A stretch of DNA of 64,000 bases. It comes from Dictyostelium discoideum (taxonomy: Eukaryota). Under the pieces are notes generated by a model. That model was not told the DNA's origin. It saw only the letters and a list, made by a program, of their open reading frames with translations, and did no database searches. This document shows, one piece after another, positions 40,852 through 53,294 of the stretch (the stretch's first letter is position 1; the number at the start of each line of letters is the position of its first letter). Position numbers and translations under genes: made by a program. Where the stretch lies: the NCBI GenBank assembly GCA_000004695.1, contig CM000155.2:3538380-3602379 (forward strand). The letters run 5' to 3'.

Positions 40852-40922
40852 CTTAAAAAAAAAAAAAATATATTAGTAAAAATAATAAAAAAAAAACAAA
40901 TAATGATGATAATAATAATTAC

Positions 40923-41557
40923 TTTTTTAAAGAATCAAATTTAATAATTTCAGATTCTTTTTTATCTTTCCATTTTGATAATTCACTATCTAAATAATTA
41001 TCAATATCTAAAGATAAATTAATTTCTAAAGATTCAATTTTTGAAATGATTGAATCTAAATTTAATTGAATGGTTTCAACCAAAGTGTTGAGTTCACCTA
41101 ATTTTGAAAATTCAGCATCAGCTTTCTTCCAAACATCATGTTGATAGGCACAAACTTTAATTAATTCTGGAAACTTTTTATCAACCTCTTCAGCATGTTC
41201 TGCAAGTATTTGACCATTGATTCTAATTTGTTTTAATTTTACTTCAAAGTTTCTTAATAATAAAGTACCATTATATAAATCTACCTCTTTTAAACTATCT
41301 TTTTGTTGTGAAACATTTGGTATTGATTGTGGATTCATATAGAGAGGGTTGGTAACAGATGATGTTAATGAGGAAACTGTAGATAATACTGATGCTGGTA
41401 CTTCAATATCTTTAATTGTATCCATCTCCAATCTTAATGAACTATTTAATGCTTGAACAACTGTTGATTCTTTAATTGCATCAACCATTGGTTGGTAATT
41501 TAAATTGGTTGGATTTAATGATTTTAATGTTTCTGTTAAATTTTCTGTAGTTGTCAA
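40923..41557 (-). CDS. coiled-coil protein, upstream exon (5' end incomplete: track start is TTG and the frame stays open through an (AAT)n tract)
   Basis: This is the 212-aa ORF. The donor is aaaaa|gtaatt at 40922, giving a 71-nt intron at 40852-40922. Upstream the frame reads …PQQQPQSQQLPQENNNN… after a candidate acceptor attttag| near 41800. Confidence 0.5.
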
Positions 41558-41582
41558 TGATTCATTTGTATTTAATGTTGAT

Positions 41583-41638
<56 letters not shown>

Positions 41639-41641
41639 AAT

Positions 41642-41749
<108 letters not shown>

Positions 41750-42373
41750 TTCTTGTGGTAATTGTTGAGATTGAGGTTGTTGTTGTGGTGATGATAAAAT
41801 TGTACTCTTTCTAATTGACTCTGTACTAAAATTTTTAATTTTAATTTTAATAAATTAATAAAAAAAATAAAAATTAAAATGAAAAAAATAATGAAAAATA
41901 AGATTTACGTTTCTTCAAATTTTTTTAAAAATGATTTAAACCTTTTTAAAATATATAGTGGCAATAACAAATAATTATTTGAATGTATAAAAAAAAAAAA
42001 ATATCAATGAAAAAAAAAATAAAATAAAATAAAATAAAAAAAAAAATGAAAAATCAAAAAAAAAAAAAAAAAAAAAAAAAAAAGATTTTTTTTTTTTTTT
42101 AAATTGCAGTTTTTATTTTTTTTTTTATTTGGAAACTAAATTTAAAAAGGTTTTTTTTTTTTTTTTTTTTTTTTAATCAGATTATTAACTTTAAAGTAAA
42201 TTTTTATAAAAAAAAAAAATGATTAAAGTTGGAAATTATCTTGATCAAAAAAATAAAAAAAAAAAAAAAAAACAAATAATATCTTTGAAATAATTTATCC
42301 ACACTTTATTTAGTTTTTTTATCCATTTATACAGTTTTTTGAAAAGTTTAATTATGAATCATAGAACCCCCTA

Positions 42374-42428
<55 letters not shown>

Positions 42429-42605
42429 GAATAAAAAAAAAATGAATATTTGTTTTATAATTATATTTTATTTTAAATCTTTATTTTAAAAGAAAATATT
42501 TTATTTTGTTTAATTGCAATTTTATTTATTTTTAATATAAATTTTTAACTTTTTAAAAAAAAACATATTTTTTTTGTTTTTTTTTATTTTTTTAAAATTT
42601 AAAAT

Positions 42606-44501
42606 TTAAAACCAAACATCTTTTTGATAACGTTTTTCTTTTTCTAATTTGTGAAGTAAAGCTTGAGCATCAGCTTCATCAATTGACATATGTTTAGTGA
42701 TGATGAGAGAAAGTGTTTCATGAACTTGTGGAGCCATTGATTTAGCATCACCACAAATGTAAATATGACCACCAGCATTGATGAGATCACAAATTTGTTG
42801 ACTATTTTCAAGGAGACGATTTTGAACGTAAACTTTTTGAGAGGTTTCACGAGAGAAAGCAGTGTAGAGTTTAATTAAACCATCGTTATGATATTGTTGT
42901 AACTCTTTGGAGTAAAGGAAATCTTCATCAGAACGACGACAACCAAAATAGAGATGATTTTCACCAGTATGACCGAGTGCTTTTCTTTCTTGAATGAAAC
43001 TAACGAATGGAGCAATACCAGTACCTGGACCAACCATGAGTATTGGAGTTGTTGGATCCTCTGGTAAACGGAAATCTGGATTATTGTTTATAAAGATTGA
43101 AACACGATCACCAACATTCATACGATCGGCCATATGAGTTGAAGCGATACCAACACGTTCACTACCATGAAGATCATATTTAACAACGGCAACACATAAG
43201 GAAACTGCCAATTTATTTTCACTCATTGAAGAAGCAATACTATAGTAACGTGGTAATAATTTTGCTAATTGAGCTAATAAATCATCGATTGGTGGACGAG
43301 CAGAAGAAAACATCTTTAAGATATCGATTAAATGATGATTTTCTAAAAATTCAACCAATTGTGTATTTGATTTACCAGTACCTTGAGCCAAGAGATTTGT
43401 TAATTTCTCTTTTTCTTGTTGATTTTTAACATTATCTTTAAGGAGTTGTAATAATTCTGGTTTACAATTATGAATATCAAAACATTTGGTTAAGATATGA
43501 GTAAGGGTGATTTGAGATGGATTTGGTTGTTCACCCTCTTGATAATGCCAACCTGGAGTTGAAACTTTGAAAGATGGTGATAATTTTAAGAGTGAGATAA
43601 TTGCAGAAACCTCGGATGCAGCATTATCTGGAAGGATAGCTAAAGCATCACCTGGCACGTACTTGAGTTCACTATCACCCAATTCAAACTCTAAATGAAT
43701 ACCAACTTTATCACCTTTAGTGAGTACACGTTTAACCAAGAGTTTACTAGAGTATGGTTTCTTTTTATTGTATTTACCTTGAGAGAGTGCGAAAAGTTTT
43801 GCCTTTTCATAGAGGTAATCTTGACCTTCACGTTTTTCAACTCCACCCAATGTTGGAACTAAACCACACACGGTATCAATATAACGATCGAAACAAGTCC
43901 AATCTTCTTGATCAACTTCAATACGATCTCTAAATCTCTTGGCACCCATCTCTTCAAATTGTTTATCCAAAGTTTTACCAGCTGCACAATAATGTGGATA
44001 AGAACGATCACCCAATGCTAAAACACTAAATTGAATATGTGAAAGATTTAAACGATTTGCTTCTAAATAATCAAAGAATGGACGGGCAGTGGTTGGTGGA
44101 ACACCATCACCATAGGTTGATGTAATAATGAGGACTATTTGTTCTTTTTCAAATTCAATAATCTCGTACTCTTCCATATCGATAATACGTGCCCAAAAAC
44201 CTTCTAATTTGCTATTGATTGATTCTTCCAATTTTTTGGCAACCTCTGCTGATAAACCATATTCAGTTCCATATAAAATTAAAATTGGACAAACATTATC
44301 TGATGGTTTTACAAATCTTTCTTTTTTCTCTTTAACAGCTGCTCTAGCTAAAGCTGCTGGATCTGGTGCATTAAATCCAAATTTATCACCTTCATCTTTT
44401 GAAACTGATGGTGCTGAAAAAAATTTATATAAATAATAAGTTGTTGTTACACCAGCACCTAATAATACTAAATTTTTTGGTTTTAAAATTACTGATTTCA
44501 T
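42606..44501 (-). CDS. NADPH-cytochrome P450 reductase-like diflavin oxidoreductase (flavodoxin/FMN + FAD + NADPH domains) with an N-terminal membrane anchor
   Basis: ATG at 44501. The N-terminal hydrophobic segment is LVLLGAGVTTTYYLY. The FMN domain includes ILILYGTEYGLSAEVAKKL and FSVLALGDRSYPHYC. The FAD/NADPH domain includes RYYSIASS, GPGTGIAPF and YICGDAKSMAPQV, ending …DVWF, the same C-terminal pattern as CPR's …DVWS. There is strong C/G third-position codon bias. Confidence 0.75.
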   Translation of the reverse strand: MKSVILKPKNLVLLGAGVTTTYYLYKFFSAPSVSKDEGDKFGFNAPDPAALARAAVKEKKERFVKPSDNVCPILILYGTEYGLSAEVAKKLEESINSKLEGFWARIIDMEEYEIIEFEKEQIVLIITSTYGDGVPPTTARPFFDYLEANRLNLSHIQFSVLALGDRSYPHYCAAGKTLDKQFEEMGAKRFRDRIEVDQEDWTCFDRYIDTVCGLVPTLGGVEKREGQDYLYEKAKLFALSQGKYNKKKPYSSKLLVKRVLTKGDKVGIHLEFELGDSELKYVPGDALAILPDNAASEVSAIISLLKLSPSFKVSTPGWHYQEGEQPNPSQITLTHILTKCFDIHNCKPELLQLLKDNVKNQQEKEKLTNLLAQGTGKSNTQLVEFLENHHLIDILKMFSSARPPIDDLLAQLAKLLPRYYSIASSMSENKLAVSLCVAVVKYDLHGSERVGIASTHMADRMNVGDRVSIFINNNPDFRLPEDPTTPILMVGPGTGIAPFVSFIQERKALGHTGENHLYFGCRRSDEDFLYSKELQQYHNDGLIKLYTAFSRETSQKVYVQNRLLENSQQICDLINAGGHIYICGDAKSMAPQVHETLSLIITKHMSIDEADAQALLHKLEKEKRYQKDVWF

Positions 44502-44631
44502 TTTATTTTAAAATTTACAAAAAAAAAAAAAAAAAAAAATTGATTAGATATTTTTTTTTTTATTTTTTTAAAAATACAACAACTAAAATTATTTATAAAT
44601 AATAGTTTTTTTTAAAAAACACAAAACGAAA

Positions 44632-44672
<41 letters not shown>

Positions 44673-44903
44673 TGGGATTCGTGATCACTTTTAGTGAAAA
44701 AAAAAAAAAAATTAAAATAAAATTAAAAATAAAATAAAATTTTTTTTTTCACAAAAATTTTATTTTATTTGGTTTTACAAAAATAATTAAAAAAAAAAAA
44801 AAAATATCCAATCAATTTTTTTTTTTGGCTCACAAATAATATTTAAAAATAGATTTTTATTTTTATTTATTTTTGTTTATTTTTTTTATTTTTTTATTTT
44901 TCT

Positions 44904-46465
44904 TTATTTTAAAATAAAAGGATGAATTGTATTTTTTGATTTATAATTTAAAGTATCATTTAATAAAAATGAAAGTGAAGAATTACAATCTTGAATGGTT
45001 TGACCGATTGTAGTTGAAGAAATGGTTGAATGAAATGAATCATTCTGAGGTTGTTGACAACTATATAGAGCAGCAGCAAAACTTGGATATTTTAATAAAG
45101 ATATTGATTCATTTGCACGTTGAATTACTTGAGGATCAAAATATTGTTGATAACCAATAATTTTCATTAAACATAAAACTACACGAGATGTTGCATCTGG
45201 CCAACGTGATGCTATCTTTGTAAGGGAACTAATTAAATTTAACATTATATTAATATTATATTGTTCTTGTAATTTTTCAAAATCATCATTATCAATAATA
45301 TTATTTAAATTAAAATTATTAATATTATTTAAAATATTAATATTTAAATTATAATTTAAATTATAATTATTTATAAAATTTTGATTTTGATCATTTTCAT
45401 TATCATTATTTTTTTTATCATTATTTAATTTTTCAATATCATTATCATTTTCATTATTTTCAATATTTTTAATATCATTATTATTATTATTGGATGATGA
45501 TGATTGTTCTTGTTGGTGTTGTTGTTGTTTTTGTTGTTGTTGTTGTTGTTGTTTCATTATTAAAGAAGATTGTTGTAATGATGATTGTGAAGAATTTGAT
45601 AATGATTCCATTTTAATTGTATTAATTTTTTCATAAGTTATTAATTCTAAAGCTTCATGATAATCTGAATAAACATCAGAAGTTATTGTTGGACAAACGT
45701 AAGGTGAACAATATTCACCAATTATAAAAGATAATGATAGAGTTACAATATCTTTATAGGTCATACGAGCTTCACTAATAACTGATAGAATTAATTCTTT
45801 TTCTGATTGAATTAATGTTGAATGTTTTTTAAATATTGATAATAGATGAGACATTAAATTCTCTCTAATACGTTTTTGATAAGGTTCATATGGAAATATT
45901 TGTTCCATACGTTCGAAAATCACTGGAAGTAAAGTTACAAAAGTATTTAATGAACCATATTCTAGTAAAACCTCGAAATAGATATCTAATAACAATGGCA
46001 CCAATTCACATGAACCAATTGATCTTGGAGTTACTGGATTCTTTTTACAAAATTGTTGAAGTAATGGTAGAGTTGTAGTTGACCAAAAATTAATATTAAC
46101 ACCAGATTCATTACGTAATAGATAGTTGTAAAGTACACGATATTCACTCCAAGCTGTATCAACACCAACATCATTATGTTCAATACCCATTGATGCATAT
46201 TTTCTTTGTTCAACCAATACACTTTCCATTGATAATGTTAATAATGGTAAATCTAATAATAAATGAAAAACTTCAATAAATGAATTTGGTGAAATAAATG
46301 ATGGTAATAACTCTGAAAATTCACCACTTAAACTATTTGGAAACCATGCTAAACATTTAAAAATTGGTGGAAAATATAAATTAAATACATTACTATTCTT
46401 TAATAATGTTTTTTTATTTTTTAAACAAAAATTAATTGTTTCAAATGAAACAAATGAATTCATAT
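44904..46465 (-). CDS. exon 5 (last) of a 5-exon, about 985-aa protein; armadillo/HEAT-like, unassigned
   Basis: The acceptor is taattag| at 46466-46467. t+at gives Tyr, then MNSFVSFETINF… (the 519-aa track ORF) follows in frame. The arithmetic is 1562 = 2+3n. Confidence 0.6.
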
Positions 46466-46504
46466 CTAATTAGATAAAAATAAAAAAAAATATTAATAAT
46501 TATT

Positions 46505-46538
<34 letters not shown>

Positions 46539-46550
46539 AAATAAACTTAC

Positions 46551-47044
46551 AAGTTCTTGGTAAATAAGTTTGAAAATAAACTTTAAATAATGGTTCAGGA
46601 TCATAAACTAAAGTATGACTATGATTTACAAAGAATTGTAATAATGCTAATAAGATATGACCAGAGGTGGCATTTGTATTTTTTGAAGATGGTAAATGAA
46701 GTTGATAAGCTTTTTGAACTGTTGGAAATATTTTTGCAATTAAATTTGAATCTAATAAACAAAGATAATCTAAAATTCTAATTGATTCAAGTAATGCCAT
46801 AACTGAAAGATCGTCACCACCACTTTCATCAATACCCAATGCTATAGCTGTTGCTGATTGTTGTTGAATTGGTTTATTATAAATCATACTACCACCACCA
46901 CTACTATTGCTATTACCACTATTACCACCATTTAGATTACTATTATTATTACCACTACCATCAATTGGTTTTAATTTACTTTGATCAATTAATCTTAAAC
47001 AATATGATACAATTGTATTTTGAAATGATTGATTTAATGTTCTA

Positions 47045-47132
<88 letters not shown>

Positions 47133-47333
47133 GCAGCAGTTGATCCTGTTGTTTTTCAATTAATTCTAATTGTTGTTCAATTTGTTGATCCAATTGTTCA
47201 ATTTGTTGATCAGTATTTGTTAAAGATTGTTGTTTATTAATTTTATATAAATTTATTAACCATGTATATAGAATTGAAAATGAATAAATATTAAAAGTCT
47301 GATCCTCTGTATAATTTGTTGAATTATTTAATA
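46551..47333 (-). CDS. exon 4 of the same gene (poly-Q tract)
   Basis: The GTAAGT donor is at 46550 (act t|gtaagt). The frame-consistent acceptor is ttttacag| at 47334-47335 (783 = 2+3n+1). An alternative upstream acceptor ttttcag| at 47405 leads to a stop at 47328-47330. The track start at 47193 is TTG. Confidence 0.55.
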
Positions 47334-47484
47334 CTGTAAAAAATTCAATTGAAACTGATCCATCTAATTCTGTTACTGGTGTTGCACTAGTATTACCAAT
47401 TTTACTGAAAACTTATAATAATAATAATAATAAATTAATACTCAATATATTTAATTTTATGTTATTTTTAAAAAATATACTTAC

Positions 47485-47768
47485 AACCAATTGAAGATTG
47501 TTTTTGATCAGAAATTAAACTTGCATGACTAAGGAATTGAATTAATTGAGTTTCAATTGGTTTTATATGTAAATTTGTTAAAGAATTTGAATGATATCTT
47601 GCAGAGATTGCTAATGATGGCATTGATGCAGATCTTGTTATTGGATCTTGTGAAGAGATTGTTTGAACTAAAAATGGTATACTTGATATATAAATTTGTG
47701 AATCTGTACCAGTTGATAGTAATAGTGATAATATTAAAGGTAATGTCTTTGGATCAAACGTTTTAAAA
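47485..47768 (-). CDS. exon 3 of the same gene
   Basis: The acceptor is taatag| at 47769-47770. The donor is ggt t|gtaagt at 47484 (284 = 1+3n+1). It reads FKTFDPKTLPLILSLLLSTGTDSQIYISSIPFLVQTISSQDP…. Confidence 0.55.
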
Positions 47769-47888
47769 CTATTAAAAAAAAAAAATAAAAATAAAAATAA
47801 AAATAAAAATAAAATAAAATAAAAAATGAAATTTGATTAATATAATATATTAATATTGAAATTGAAATATTAAAATAATATTACTTAC

Positions 47889-48121
47889 TTTTTATATAAA
47901 ATTTGATGTTCATTTTTTGAAAATTTTGAAAGTGTTGATAAAGTAAATAGTTTAATTTTATAAGGAGTATTTGGATCTAATAAAAGGGTTGTAAATTTCT
48001 CAATAAATGTTGAGTTTATTGAAAGTGATTTCTGATTTTTACCACTATAATTTAAACATATTTTATAAAATAGTTTCAATATATCAATACTCTCTTTATT
48101 CTTTGGGTTTTTTAAAACTAC
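47889..48121 (-). CDS. exon 2 of the same gene
   Basis: The acceptor is ttattag| at 48122-48123. The donor is aa|gtaagt at 47888 (233 = 3n+2). It contains the 64-aa track ORF (TTG start) and reads VVLKNPKNKESIDILKLFYKICLNYSGKNQ…. Confidence 0.55.
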
Positions 48122-48208
48122 CTAATAATTACCAAAATATGTTGAATATTAATATTAGTTTGTACAATATATTTTGTTTTAATTTATTTAATTTTATTTA
48201 TACAATAC

Positions 48209-48268
48209 ATTTTCAATTTTATTTAATAATTCTTCAATATTTACTGCTCCTGAGACATTTGTTTGCAT
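48209..48268 (-). CDS. exon 1 of the same gene (MQTNVSGAVNIEELLNKIEN)
   Basis: ATG at 48268-48266. The donor is aat|gtattg at 48208, giving an 87-nt intron to 48122. Confidence 0.45.
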
Positions 48269-48304
48269 ATTTTTTATTGTTTTATTTTTTAAAAAATTAA
48301 AAGG

Positions 48305-48361
<57 letters not shown>

Positions 48362-48621
48362 TTGGGGAATTTTTATTTTTATTTTTTTATTTTTTTGGGG
48401 GGATATTTTGAATTAATTATTTAAACCAAAAAAGAATAAATGTTTTCAAATTTACCCTACAATTAATATAGAATAACCTCAACATATCCTTAAATTTGGT
48501 CAAAAATAATGATTTTTTTTTATAGTCTTTTTTTTTTTTACCTAAAAGCGGGGTCTTTTTTTTTTTTTTTTTTTTTTAATAGTCAAAAATAATGAGAAAA
48601 ATAAATAATTTTAAAAAAATA

Positions 48622-48695
48622 TGTCATGGGCAGGACTCGAACCTGCATCTTATTCGTTAGGACCGAACCGCTTTATCCAATTAAGCCACCATGAC
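48622..48695 (-). tRNA. tRNA-Arg (anticodon CCT)
   Basis: The reverse complement GTCATGG|TG|GCTT|AATTGGATA|AAGC|G|GTTCG|GTCCTAA|CGAAT|AAGAT|GCAGG|TTCGAGT|CCTGC|CCATGAC|A forms a cloverleaf with U33-CCT-A37 and a B box GGTTCGAGTCC. Confidence 0.8.
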
Positions 48696-48744
48696 ATTTT
48701 CAACATCATTCATTATCATTTGATCGTACTTAATTTTTTTTTGA

Positions 48745-49014
48745 GTAAGAGAAAAAACATCAACAACAACACTTTTTTTATTTGATTATTTCATTTTTCA
48801 TATAAAAAAAAGACTTAAAAAAAATAAAATAAAATACACTTAGAGTAAACTTCTTTATTTCTTTATTTTATTGTAATTTATTTTTTTCTTTTTTTTGAAA
48901 ATTTTGCGAAGCAAAATTGAAAAAAAAAGGAAAAAATAATCAGTAAGAGAAAAAACATCAACAACAACACTTTTTTTATTTGATTATTTCATTTTTCATA
49001 TAAAAAAAAGACTT

Positions 49015-49018
<4 letters not shown>
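48745..49018. repeat. two copies of a roughly 75-bp direct repeat (48745-48820, 48943-49018) on the 5' side of tRNA-Arg, adjacent to an assembly gap
   Basis: agtaagagaaaaaacatcaacaacaacactttttttatttgattatttcatttttcatataaaaaaaagactt appears twice. An N100 gap at 49047-49146 follows immediately. Confidence 0.8.
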
Positions 49019-49046
<28 letters not shown>

Positions 49047-49146
49047 NNNNNNNNNNNNNNNNNNNNNNNNNNNNNNNNNNNNNNNNNNNNNNNNNNNNNN
49101 NNNNNNNNNNNNNNNNNNNNNNNNNNNNNNNNNNNNNNNNNNNNNN
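49047..49146. other. assembly gap (100 N)
   Basis: A run of n. Confidence 1.
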
Positions 49147-49163
49147 ATATAACACCAACTACT

Positions 49164-49208
<45 letters not shown>

Positions 49209-49331
49209 ATACCAATAATAATAATAATAATAATATAATAATAATAATAATATAATAATAATAATATAATAATAATAATAATTTAATAATAATAATAATA
49301 AAAAAAAAAATTAGGATTACCAGAAAAAAGG

Positions 49332-49365
<34 letters not shown>

Positions 49366-49420
49366 AAATAAACTCTCCTAGAACACACTCAAATTGAGTG
49401 ATGTTATTAAAAAAAAAAAA

Positions 49421-49468
<48 letters not shown>

Positions 49469-49953
49469 ATTTTACAATTTCATTAAACCAATAAATTAAA
49501 TCAACCAGGAAATTCTAATAAAATCTCTTACTTATTAAAATATCATCTCTCAAAAAAAAAGTAAAATAAAGAAATAATTAAAAAATATAATAAAAAATAT
49601 CAATCATCTTTCACTTTTTTTTTTTTTTTTTTTTTTTTTTGAGAAGATATTATTGGACCCAAGAATACAAGATAAACAAAATAAATTAAATTAAATTAAA
49701 AAAAAATAAAAAAATAAAATTTAAATTAAATTAAATAAAAAGAAAGAAATAAATAAGGAAATAAACAAACAAACAAATAAAAAAATAAAAAATAAATTAA
49801 TTAATAAAATGTTAAATATTTGATTTTTTTTTTGGGCAATCACATTTTCAGACTCCCGAAACTCTTAAACTTTCATTTTTTTTTTTTCAAAAAATATCTG
49901 ATTTTTGTGCTGATCGGAATTATTTGAAAAAAAAAAAAAAAATAAAAAAAAAA

Positions 49954-49984
<31 letters not shown>

Positions 49985-50052
49985 AAAAAGTAAAAAATTC
50001 AAATAAAAAAAGAAATTTTATATATAATAGAAAAAAAAGAAAAAAAAAAAGA

Positions 50053-50095
50053 ATGTCTTTAATGAACGATATAATAAATGAACAAACTAAACAAG
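50053..50095 (+). CDS. micro first exon (MSLMNDIINEQTKQ) of a small C2-domain protein gene
   Basis: ATG at 50053. The donor is caa g|gtaaaaat at 50096 (43 = 3n+1). Confidence 0.5.
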
Positions 50096-50169
50096 GTAAA
50101 AATAAAAAAAAAAAAAAAATAAATAAATAAATGGATATTAATATATTTTAATTTATTTTAAAAAAAAAG

Positions 50170-50603
50170 GTAACTTGGGTGGTAAAAATGGAACATTAGG
50201 TAAAAAATCATCATCTTCAGATAATATTGTTAATTTTTTTATTATTACTGGTGAAATTACAGATAGTTCATTTGATAATAGTGTAGATCCATATGTTAGA
50301 ATTGGTACAATAGATAATAAAGATAATATTAAATGGTTTTTAAAAACACCTGTTCGAAACAATACAAAGAAACCAAGTTGGAGTTATGAAATTAACCATG
50401 ACATTAAATTAGATCAAATAAAAAAATTGGCAATTGAAATGCATCACAAAACATTGTTATCATCAAAATCAATAGGAGAAGCAACCATTGATATTTCAAA
50501 TATTGAAAACCAATCAATGATTTATGAAACAATCCAAATTTTTGATCCAAAAGATAAATCAAAGTCAGTGGGATCTGTTTATTTGTCCATTGAAATCAAA
50601 TAA
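50170..50603 (+). CDS. C2-domain protein, exon 2
   Basis: The acceptor is aaaaaaaag| at 50168-50169. g+gt gives Gly, then NLGGKNGTLGKK…. The C2-like core is VDPYVRIGTIDNKDNIKWFLKTPVRNNTKKPSWSYEI…. The track start at 50175 is TTG. Confidence 0.55.
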
Positions 50604-50727
50604 AATAAATAATATATAGAATAATAATAGAGAATAATATTTATTTTATTTTATTTTATTTTATTTTATTTTAATTATTTTATTTAATTTTTATTTTATT
50701 TTATATTTATTTAATTTTATTTATTTT

Positions 50728-50735
<8 letters not shown>

Positions 50736-50822
<87 letters not shown>

Positions 50823-50828
50823 CCCCCC

Positions 50829-50916
<88 letters not shown>
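50736..50916. repeat. about 180-nt poly(T) homopolymer interrupted by ATC8A
   Basis: T runs at 50736-50820 and 50832-50916 are separated by atcccccccca. The tract lies immediately 3' of the 50918-53137 gene. The track ORF 50707-50967 (poly-K) is an artefact of this tract. Confidence 0.9.
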
Positions 50917-50917
50917 C

Positions 50918-52228
50918 CTATACATTTTGTTCCTTGAAAAATATTGGATTATTAAAATAATATTCATGTTTTTTTGAAAGTCCTAATTTTAAATTTTCAA
51001 ATAAACGATTTTTATGAAGAGCAGTGCAAGATGCAATTTTTGAGTTTAATATAAATTCTTTATCTAATTCCATTTCATTTTTAATAATTTCATCATTTTC
51101 ATCAGATATAATTGAGTTTGTTGTTTCTTTTAAAATGTTTCTAATTTCCAACCAAAAAATATCTTCATCAATATTAAAATCCTTTGATAAATTTATTACC
51201 AATTCACAGAAATTGGTAAGAGTCAAAATATGAATCAATTTTTTTCTATTTTCATACAGTGGTATAGATGTATAAATTGATTGAAAATGTTTTTTATTGG
51301 CTTTTGAAAATCTTTCAATTGAAATTGTTGCATCAGTAAAATCTCTAATAATTAATTTCTCAAGTTCACCACTATAACTATTTATTATCCATAAAGTGTT
51401 TTGTAAATGAGATTCAAACACTACACCATATTTTAAAAATAAAATTAATGTTACTCTTGAAATTATTGTTATATATTTCTTGAACCATTTCATTATTGAA
51501 AATGATAATGATAAATTATCACCACCACCACCACCACCACCACCACCACCACCACCACCAATAACAATGTTATGATTATGATATCTTTTAATAATTTCAG
51601 AACATATGGATTGATTTGGTGAAACAATTGATTTTGTAAATAAAGAAGCTGCAACCATTAAAAATTGTTGATCACCTTTTAAATATATATTTGGATTCTC
51701 TCTAAATATGGAATTTATACATCTTGATTTTTCTAAATCTTGAAAATTTAGTGAAATTGAAAATACTTCTTTTAAAAATTTAACATTTTCACAATACTTT
51801 TTTTCCTTTTTTTCTAATTCTTCAAAAAATAATGATTTTTCTATTCCTTCAATTGTACTTGCTCTTGAAACTCTTCTATAGTTTGATGTTATTAAAACTG
51901 TTAAAGAAGTTTTAATATGAGGTATAAAATGATTATTATTATTATTTATATTATCATTTGAAATTGGAAATAATGTTCTTGTTGAAAGACTTGGTGTAAA
52001 TTTTAATTTACTATTATTGAATAATGGTAATTTTAATATTAATTTCTTTTCAATTTCTTCTTTATAAATTTCATCCATTATAAAATTAAATTGAAATGGA
52101 TGAATTATTGAAATTTGATAATCATTTAAATTTAAATTTAATTCTTTAAAATAATTTTCACAATCTTCTTTTAAATTTTTGAAAATTTCAAATAGTTTAT
52201 AATTAATATTATTATAATTATAGTTATA

Positions 52229-52264
<36 letters not shown>

Positions 52265-53137
52265 TAAATTATCAATAGTTGAAGTTACTACTATTGATTT
52301 ATGAATTGCAATAATTCTCATTTCAAAATTATTTGAAAATTCAGAACTATACATTACAACTTGATTTGGATTAAAACCAATTTTTGATTTTGTAAAAGGA
52401 AAAAAGAAGTGACCAAAATTTATTAATTGCTCAAAAAAAATATTTGTATCAAAATATTTACCATTTAACTCTTTGATTTTGTAAAATATATAATCAAATG
52501 TATCTTTAAAGTTATTATTATTTGCTTCAATTTGGTATGATTTAAATCTTTTATTTGAAAGTAAAAATGATAATGCTAAATTTGTAACTGAACTTTGAAT
52601 TTCTTTTTTAAAATTTTCAGAATATTCTTTATTAAATTGGGTACCATATTTAAAAATAAAATCTAATAGTTGAATCGGACATGTTATTGATTTTTTATTA
52701 CCATTTTTGTTTGAAATTTTATAAGGAAATTCATCTAATTCTATTCTATTAATTTTATTTATATATTTTATTTTTATTACAAAATGAAAAAATGATTTTT
52801 TATTTGAATTGTTATTATTATTAATATTATAGTTGGGTTTTTTTATTTTTAAAATATTTTCATTATTATTATTTAAAAAAAAATTAATTTGATTTTCTGA
52901 ATTTTCATTAATATTTAAAGTATTGAATTGATTATTATTAATTTCAATTATATTTAATAATTGTTCTATGATTATAAATGTAATGATTCTATTTATAATA
53001 ATTTTGCAAGAATTTATATATTGATTTTCAAATTCAATTAAAATCTCTTTATCTTCACTAAAACTTTCTTTTAAAAATATTATTGTATTATTAAAAAAAT
53101 CATTATTTTTTATATTATTGTTTGAATTTAAATACAT
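50918..53137 (-). CDS. 739-aa Asn-rich protein of unknown function (contains a G13 tract)
   Basis: ATG at 53137 and TAG stop at 50918-50920. A long uninterrupted ORF with ordinary coding composition. No recognisable motifs. Confidence 0.55.
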
Positions 53138-53239
53138 GTTTTTAGTTATAATAAAAAAAATTATAAGTAAAAAAAAAAAATTTATTTGGGGTAAAAAATA
53201 TTATTTTAACAATTTTTTTTTTTTTTTAAATAATTATTA

Positions 53240-53294
<55 letters not shown>

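Noticed and set aside
50707-50967. 86-aa poly-Lys ORF
   Set aside because: It is a translation of the 180-nt homopolymer.
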